Assembly (NCBI RefSeq): GCF_030144855.1
Contig: NC_082729.1
Coordinates: 35,286,225-35,342,000 of the forward strand
Reading direction: 5' to 3'
DNA length: 55,776 bases
Origin: Hypanus sabinus
Taxonomy: Eukaryota
Made by a program: the position numbers and the translations under genes
Shown here: piece after piece, positions 47,701 through 55,776 of the stretch
Numbering within the stretch: the first letter of the stretch is position 1
Layout of the letters: each line of letters starts with the position of its first letter
The notes under the pieces: generated by a model
Databases searched by the model: none
Told to the model about the DNA's origin: nothing
What the model saw: the letters and a program-made list of their open reading frames with translations, nothing else

Positions 47701-50700
47701 TGTACTCCCTCTATGGCAAGAATGTCTTTCCTCAGATTAGGGGACCAAAACTACACACAATATTCTAGGTGCAGTCTCACCAAGGCCATGTACAACTGCA
47801 GTAGAACCTCCCTGCTCCTGTACTCAAATCCTTTTGCTATGAATGCCAACATACCATTTGCCTTTTTCACCTCCTGCGGTACCTGCATGCCCACCTTCAA
47901 TGACTGGTGTACAATGACACCCAGGTCTCATTGCACCTCCCTTTTTCCTAATCGGCCACCATTCAGATAATGATCTGTTTTCCTGTTCTTGCAACCAAAG
48001 TGGATAACTTCACATTTATCCACATTAAATTGCATCTGCCATGAACTTGCCCACTCACCTAACCTATCCAAGTCACCCTGCATCCTCTTAGCATCCTCCT
48101 CACAGCTAACACCGCCACCCAGCTTCGTGTCATCCGCAAACTTGGAGATGCTGCATTTAATTCCTTCGTCTAGATCATTAATATATATTGTAAATAAATT
48201 AGGGTCCCAGCACGGAGCCCTGCCATTCTGAAAAGGTCCCGTTTACTCCCACTCTTTGTTTCCTGTCTGCCAACCAATTCTCTATCCACATCAATACCAT
48301 ACCCCCAATACCGTGTGCTTTAAGTTTGCACACTAATCTCCTGTGTGGGACCTTGTCAAAAGCCTTTTGAAAATCCAAATATAACACATCCACTGGTTCT
48401 CCCCAATCCACTCTACTAGTTACATCCTCAAAAAATTCTATAAGATTCGTCAGACATGATTTTCCTTTCACAAATCCATGCTGACTTTGTCCAATGATTT
48501 CACCACTTTCCAAATGTACTGTTATCACATCTTTGATAACTAACTCTAGCATTTTCCCCACCACCGATGTCAGGCTAACCGGTCTATAATTCCCCGGTTT
48601 CTCTCTCCTTCCTTTTTTAAAAAGTGGGGTTACATTAGCCACCCTCCAATCCTCAGGAACTAATCCAGAATCTAAAGAGTTTTGAAAAATTATCACTAAT
48701 GCATCCACTGTTTCTTGGGCTACTTCCTTAAGCACTCTGGGATGCAGACCATCTGGCCCTGGGGATTTATCTGCCTTTAATCCCTTCAATTTACCTAACA
48801 CCACTTCCCTACTAACATGTATTTCCTTCAATTCCTCCATCTCACGAGACCCTCGGTCCCCTACTACTTCCGGAAGATTATTTATGTCCTCCTTAGTGAA
48901 GACAGAACCAAAGTAGTTATTCAATTGGTCTGCCATGTCCTTGTTCCCCATGATCAATTCACCTGGTTCTGACTGTAAGGGACCTATATTTGTCTTAATC
49001 AATCTTTTCACATATCTATAAAAGCTTTTACAGTCAGTTTTTATGTTCCCTGCCAGCTTTTTCTCATAATCTTTTTTCCCTTTCCTAATTAAGCCCTTTG
49101 TCCTCCTCTGCTGATCTCTGAATTTCTCCTAGTCCTCAGGTGTGCTGCTTTTTCTGGCTAATTTGTATGTTTCTTCTTTGGACTTAATACTATCCCTAAT
49201 TTCCCTTGCCAGCCACGGGTGCACAACCTTCCCTGGTTTATTCTTGTGTCAAACTGGGATGAAAAATTGTTGTAGTTCATCCATGCAATCTTTAAATGCT
49301 TGCCATTGCATATCCACCGTCAACCCTTTAAGTATCATTTGCCAGTCTATCTTAACTAATTCACGTCTCATACCTTCAAAGTTACCCTTCTTTAAGTTCA
49401 GAACCTTTATTTCTGAATTAACTATGTCATTCTCCATCTTAATGAAGAATTCCACCATATAATGGTCACTCTTACCCAAGGGTCAATATGAGGGAAGTTG
49501 AGATCGCCCATAACTACTACCCTGTATTTCCTGCTCCATTCTAAAATCTGCCTGCTTATCTGCTCCTCAGTGTCCTGAGGGCTATTGGGGGGGCCTATAG
49601 ACTACTCCCAGCACAGTGATTGATCCCTTCCTATTTCTGACTTCCACCCAGACTGACTCCGTGGACACTCCTTCTGCAGCATCCTCCCTTTCTATAGCCG
49701 TGATACTATCCCTGACCAGCAATGCCACTCCCCCCCCTTTTTTACCTCCCATCCTATTCCTTTTAAAACACCTGAACCCCAGGACCTGCATCATCCAATC
49801 CTGCCCTTCCTCCAACCAAATTTCAGTAACGCCCACAACATCGTATTTCCACGTACTAATCCATGCTCTAAGTTCATCCTCCTTGTTCCTGATACTCCTA
49901 GCATTGAAATAGGCACATTTTAACCCCTTTAACTGGCTACAATTATGTTCTGTCCCCCGCCTGTCCTTCCTCATCAACTCAGAACTCTTAGCATCATGCC
50001 CTTGTCCTTCTACCTTAATCCCTGCACTCACATTCTGATCCCCACCCCCCTGCCAAACTAGTTTAAACCCTCCCCAACAGCTCTATCAAACCTGCCCGGC
50101 TGGATATTGGTCCCCCTGGGATTCAAGTGTAACCCGTCCTTTTTGTACAGGTCACACCCATCCCAAAAGAGGTCCCAATGATCCAGAAATCTGAATCCCT
50201 GCCCTCTGCTCCAATCCCTCAGCCACGCATTTATCCTCCACCTCATTCTATTCCTATTCTCACTGTCGCGTGGCACAGGCAGTAATCTCAAGATTATTAC
50301 CTTTGAGGTCCTGCTTTTCAACTTCCTTTCTAACTCCCTGTAGTCTTCTTTCAGGACCTCCTCCCTTTTCCTAGGTCATTGGTACTAATATGTACCACGA
50401 CCTCTGGCTGTTCTCCCTCCCACCACAGGGTATCTTGGACGCGATCAGAAACATCCCGGACCCTGGCACCTGGGAGGCAAACTACCATCCGAGTTTCTTT
50501 CCTGTGTCCACAGAATCGCCTGTCTGACCACCTAACTATAGAGTCCCCTATCACTACTGCCTTCCTCTTCCTTCCCCTACCCTTCTGAGCCACAGGGCCA
50601 GACTCTGTGCCAGAGGCGCAGCCACTGTTGCTTCCCCCAGGTAGGTTGTCCACTCCAACAGTACTCAAACAGGAGTACTTATTGTCAAGGGGTACAGTCA

Positions 50701-51180
50701 CAGGGGTACTCTCTAGTACCTGACTCTTCCCCTTCCCCCTCCTGACTGTGACCCATTTCTCTGTCCCCTGTGGCCCCGGAGTGACCATCTGTCTGTAACA
50801 CGTCTCTCTCACCTCCTCACTCTCCCTGACCAGATGAGGGTCATCGAGCTGCAGCTCCAGTTCCCTAACACGGTCCCTTAGGAGTTGCATCTCGATGCAC
50901 CAGGTGCCGATGTGGCCGTCCGGGACGCCGGGAGACTCCAGGACCTCCCACATCTGACACCGACCACAGAAAACTGTCCTCATACACATACTACCTCCTT
51001 TTGCAATGAACAACTGCCTCACCTCGTCCCGTTACCGCCGAAGCCCTCTCACTCCGCTGCCCGCTGGAAACGGCTGTCTTCTTTTTAAACTGTTCGCGCT
51101 CAACAGGCAGATGTCACGTGGCTGCGCAGTCCGGCCTCTCTCTTCCCCCGAGAACTCAAAATGTCTTCCCGCTGGAAATC
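44785..51180 (-). mobile_element. Near-full-length CR1 LINE (ORF1 zinc-finger/leucine-zipper + SGNH esterase; ORF2 APE + RT), degenerate, split by another CR1
   Basis: ORF1 C..C..W..LLRDRVRELELQL..AVVIGDSIVR..CLPGARV (50058-51022); EN CAYFNARSIRNK..VVGVTEIWL..GVVYRPP; [47 protein letters not shown]; VMGDLNFPHID|WHLL is continuous across the insertion. Confidence 0.93.
47213..49481 (-). mobile_element. 5'-truncated CR1 (second family) nested in the CR1 endonuclease region
   Basis: RT ORF 48199-49011 and 3' end cataggaacatagaaaatagg; gtca duplicated at 47209-47212 and 49482-49485. Confidence 0.9.
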
Positions 51181-51495
51181 CTTAGGTGCTTCCCGCAGCC
51201 TTCTTGTTCCAAATCAAAAGCCTGAGCACGAATCACCTGAGCATGTCCTAGTTGGTGGGAGACTCTAATCTTAGCTGCTGCTTTCCTGCAACAGCATTGC
51301 ATGCAGATGTGCTCAGTGGTGGGGAAGGCTTTTCTCAGCAGTTTCTGAGATACTCGTGCCATCCCATCTGGCACCAGCATTCATTCCACCATCAAAGTCA
51401 TTCAGATCACATTTTCTTCCCCATTCTGATGTTTGGTCTCAACAACTGAACCCCTTGAACATGCCTGCATATTCTTATGCATTGAGTTGCTGTGA

Positions 51496-54389
51496 ACATA
51501 AGAACATAAGAGATAGGAGCAGGAGTAGGCCAATCGGCCCCTCAAGCCTGCTCCGCCATTCAACAAGATCATGGCTGATCCAATCTTAATTCTAGTTATC
51601 ACCGAATCCCACAAGGCAACAGTGCCAACCAACAGGGCACCATGCCGCCCATTTTATTTTATTATTCATCCCGCCCAAACCCATGTGATCACCCGGGGGG
51701 AAAAAAAACCGATTTGCCAATTGAGGAGAAAAAATCTGGAAAATTCCTCTCTGACCCATCCAGGCTATCGAAAACTGGCCCAGGAGATCACATGGCTGAT
51801 CTAAACCTAGCCTCATGTCCACTTACCTGCTCGCTCACCGTATCCCCTAAAGCCATTTTTATCCAGGAAAATGTCTATCTCCCTTTTGAATTTATTGAGT
51901 GTAGTAGCTTCCACAGCTCTCTGGGGCAGTAAATTCCACAGCCCCACTACCCTCTGAGTAAAGAAATTTCTCCTCATCTCAGTCCTGGAATGGCATCCCC
52001 TTATTTTAAGATTATGACCCCCTAGTCCTAGCTTCACCCATCATTGGGAATATTCTCCCCAATCCACCCGATTCACAATCTTATATGTTTCAATAAGATC
52101 GCCTCTCATTCTTCGGAACTCCAATGAGTAGAGTCCCAATCTACTCAACCTCTCATCATACATCAACCCACCCATCCCCGGAATTAACCTAGTGAACCTT
52201 CTCTGCACTGCCTCGAGAGCCAGTATGTCCTTTCTTAAATATGGACACCAGAACTGCACGCAGTACTCCAGGTGTGGTCTCACCAATACCCGGTACAACT
52301 GCAGTAAGACCTCCCTGTTCCTATACTCCATCCCCCTAGCAATAAAAGCCAGCATTCCATTGGCCTTCTTGACCACCTGCTGCACTTGCATACTAACTTT
52401 TTGTGTTTCCTGCACCAGGACCCCCAGATCCCTTTGCACAGAAGCACTTTCCAGTTTCTCTCCATTTAGATAATAACTTGCTCTATTATTTTTCCTGCCA
52501 AAGTGCAAGACCTCACACTTGTCAGTATTATATTTCATCTGCCAAATGTCTGCCCAGTCACTCAGCCTATCTATGTCCCCCTGCAGGGTTTCAATGTCCT
52601 CCACACTCATTACACTCCCTCCCATCTTTGTGTCATCAGCAAACTTCGATACGTTGCACTTAGTCCCTTTCTCCAAATCATTAATATAGATTGTAAAGAG
52701 TTGGGGTCCCAACATCGACCCCTGCGGAACACCACTAGTCACCAACTGCCAGTCTGAGAATAAACCATTTATCCCAACTCTCTGTTTTCTGTTAGAAAGC
52801 CAATCCTCCACCCACGCCAGAATATTACCCCCAATCCCATGATTTTTAATTTAAGTAATAATCTTTGGTGTGGCACCTTGTCAGATGCCTTTTGGAAGTT
52901 CAAATACACCACATCCACTGGTTCCCCTTTATCTACCCTATATGTTATGTCCTCAAAGAACTCCAACAAATTTGTCAAACATGACTTCCCTTTTGTAAAG
53001 CCATGCTGACTTTGTCCTATTAAGCTATGTTTATCCAAATGCTCTGTTACTGTTTCCTTAGTTATCGATTACAACATTTTGCCAACCACAGATGTTAGGC
53101 TAACTGGCCTATAATCCAGCCTTCTGTCTATTGCCCTTTTTAAATAAAGGAGTTACATTAGCATTTTTCCAATCTGCCGGGACCATTGCCGAGTCCAGTG
53201 AGTTTTGAAAAATTATCACTAATGTATCTACAATCTCGACCGCCACTTCCCTTAAGACCCTAGGATGCAAGCCATCCGGTCCAGGGGATTTATCCACCTT
53301 CAGTCCCATTAATTTATCAAGTACCATTTCCTTGGTGATTTGAATCGTAGTTAGCTTCTCTCCCCCTAGAGCCCCCTGTTTATCCAGTGTTGGGATATTT
53401 TGAGTGTCCTCTACTGTAAAAACTGATACAAAATATTTGTTCAGCGTTTCCGCCATCTCCATGTCCCCTACCATTAATTTCCCGGTCTCACCTTCTAGGG
53501 GACCAACATTTACTTTAGCCACCCTTTTTCTTTTTATGTAACTATAAAAACTCCTACTATCTGCTTTTATGTTTTTCGCCAATTTACTTTCATAATCTAT
53601 CTTCCCCTTCTTAATCAATCTTTTTGTTATTTGCTGCTGATCTTTAAAAGCTTCTCGATCTTCAATCTTCCTACTAGATTTGGCTACCTTATATAACTTT
53701 CTTTTTAGTCGTATACTTTGCTTTATTTCTTTACAGCCACGGATAACTATTTTTTCTTTTACACCCTTTTTTCTTCAGTGGAATATATTTTTCTTGATAG
53801 TTGTAAAATAACTCCTTAAATATACACCACTGATCAAGTACCGACCTACCCTTTAATCTATTTTCCCAATCCATCTTAAGCAAGATGAACCGAGTGTGAT
53901 TTCTACTGCTCTGGGTAGTTATGTCACTGCTTTCTGCAACATTCCAACAGTCTCCTTTATTTAAGCTCAGTACGCTTGTTTGAGATCCAACCCTCTCATC
54001 CTCTAATTGAATATGGAATTCAACCATGTTATGGTCACTCATTCCAAGGGGATCCTTTACAAGGACATTTTTTATTAGTCCTGTCTCATTACACAGGACC
54101 AGATCTAAGACTGCTTGCCCCCTTGTAGGCTCAGTAACGTATTGTTCAAGGAACCCATCCCGAATACACTCAATAAACTCTTCTTCAAGGCTGCCGTGTC
54201 CGACTTGATTAGTCCAGTCAATATGAGAGTTAAAATCCTCCATAATTATAGCTGTTCCCTTATTACAAGCCCCAACTATTTCCTGATTTATGCTCTGACC
54301 AACTGAATTACAGCTGTTTGGAGGCCTATAGACTACTCCCATCACTGCTTTTTTCCCTTTACTATTTCTTATTTCTACCCAAATTTTAA
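51496..54389 (-). mobile_element. 5'-truncated CR1 (third family), EN C-terminus to 3' end
   Basis: ORFs 52041-52811, 53109-53618 and 53731-54408 are CR1 RT/EN; (aacataag) tail; tgtga duplicated at 51491-51495 and 54390-54394. Confidence 0.92.
51581..51790. mobile_element. 210-bp insertion in the CR1 3' UTR with 11-bp TSD
   Basis: catggctgatc at 51570-51580 and 51791-51801 flanks unrelated sequence containing A-runs. Confidence 0.75.
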
Positions 54390-55619
54390 TGTGACAGGAT
54401 TGGCTCATTGGATATTTGTATGAACGAGCAGGGGTACCTTATAAAGTGGCCACTGACTGTGTATGGAGTGTGAGAGGTTGCAGCCCCTGTTTGAGTGCTT
54501 GAACGAGCTGCTCCTCAAGTTCTGACTGCACATCAATCCCATGCTCATCAACCACAGTAACACAGCATGGGAGGGTGTCACTCAGGGATCTCTTGGTAGG
54601 CTCGTTCTTGGGCCTTGTCAAGATGGCCACGCACAGACCCAGGCAGCAGGCAGTCAAGGTCTCTGCTTGAGCCAACTGTCTGCCCTCTTCCAGTATTACA
54701 TTCGAGCTGGAGCATCCATGGAAAGGTAATATGCATGCAATCTCTATGGCACAACGAGGGATTTCTATGAACGGTGCACCACCACCTTCCCAACACCACC
54801 ACCAGCCCCCCACCAAGGGAATTGTGTGATTTGCAGACGACAGTAATCATATTTCATTTTGAAGTTGTTTAGACACTGTTGTAAATCCCTGACCATTGTG
54901 TGCCTTTTGTACGTTCTAAAAAAACACAGCATATACATTTGGCAAGAGTCAAGCGCTGAGACCTGAGAAGGAGTCACATCTGGCTGAAGCCCAAGGGAAA
55001 GTGTAATTTAACTCATCTTAAAGCTCTGAGGAAAGGGGGAACTATTACTTGCTGCCCTGAGAACAGAAAATGGTGTTTTACAGAGAGGCATGAGCTGCAA
55101 AAGAGAGGGCCAGCAGATTTTGTGAAAATCTTTTATTCTCCACAAACAATGCAGATTTATTTTTAGATTTACAGCGAATCCACTGAGATAATGATTAAGT
55201 TTAAGTTACAACAACAGTAATGGTCATACGTAAAGAAATACACCACATTTACTTTACAAAGAGAAGTGAAAATAGAGAAACCGGTGGTAAGGAAGTGGTT
55301 TACGGTGGCTTTGCGGCACAGCAGAGCAGAAGGGCTAAAATAGAGAGTGTGGAAGAAAATTATAAATAAAGTGTTAAAATATCTGAGTTGTTAACATCCT
55401 GCACCTTCATTTAATTAGCAATATCGCTAGTGCTGGCCTTAGTGCATAACACAGCTGTGTAAAGAAGACAGTGAAGGTCATAAATTGCAGGGAGGACCCT
55501 TGCAATCTCTCAGGCTAAGAAGTGTCCTGTTTATTCCCTCACAAACATAAAAATCAAATTATATCTTTCTACTTTAACAACTTACTGGATCTTAGGATTT
55601 AGTTAACCATCTATAGATC

Positions 55620-55745
55620 ATAAATAAAGATTCAGCATTCGGCCTGGGCTCTCAGCACACTTGCAATAATCCACAAAACGCTGGAGAAACTCAGCAGGCC
55701 AGGCAGCATCTATGGAAAAAAATTACAGTCGAAGTTTTGGGCCAC
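55620..55745 (-). mobile_element. PLE terminal fragment
   Basis: cacaaaacgctggagaaactcagcaggccaggcagcatctatgg..cagtcgaagttttgggcc. Confidence 0.7.
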
Positions 55746-55776
55746 CCTGCGGCACAATTGCACTTCTTTTAACTTT

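Larger units (their letters stand above)
51330..54460 (-). mobile_element. Tc1-derived element split by a CR1 insertion (halves 51330-51495 and 54390-54460)
   Basis: gcattgagttgctgtga | caggattggctcattggatatttg..taaagtggccactg rejoins into the family sequence. Confidence 0.78.

Noticed and set aside
44877-54408. Long RT/endonuclease ORFs as host genes
   Set aside because: All are fragments of CR1 ORF1/ORF2 with stops and frameshifts.
54765-54977. Minus-strand ORF after a plausible acceptor (PDVTPSQVSALDSC...)
   Set aside because: No recognisable domain or donor; cannot be supported as coding from sequence alone.

Overview
Eukaryotic, repeat-dense vertebrate DNA. The repeat set (CR1/L2/L1-clade LINEs, Penelope-like elements, V-SINE/HE1-type SINEs, Tc1 derivatives) points to a cartilaginous fish, probably a ray; this is an inference. 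Most of the supplied ORFs are retroelement fragments or low-complexity artefacts. The main signal is an apparently intact spliced MHC-family gene on +: leader 27796-27943, one membrane-distal exon 28970-29227, one Ig-C1 exon 31631-31912, CP/TM exon 33506-33607, and a probable tail exon 42892-42968. All introns are GT-AG, phase 1. The gene has class II (two-domain, Gly-rich TM) architecture but class I interdomain residues (Q6, A-Y-N-G-K-D, P-x-x-D-G-T-F-Q), which fits a W-category beta chain (WB). A pseudogenised paralogous Ig exon lies upstream (16261-16535). Two weaker alpha1-like exon remnants (12353-12582 +, 23484-23733 -) may be relics of a partner chain. Other items: a ZNF143/NRF1/YY1 CpG-island promoter split by an L1 insertion, minimal hammerhead ribozyme motifs in Penelope-like elements, twin-priming-type inversions, and several nested insertions with readable target-site duplications. 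All alignments were made by eye; no database searches were run, and repeat boundaries are approximate unless a TSD is quoted.
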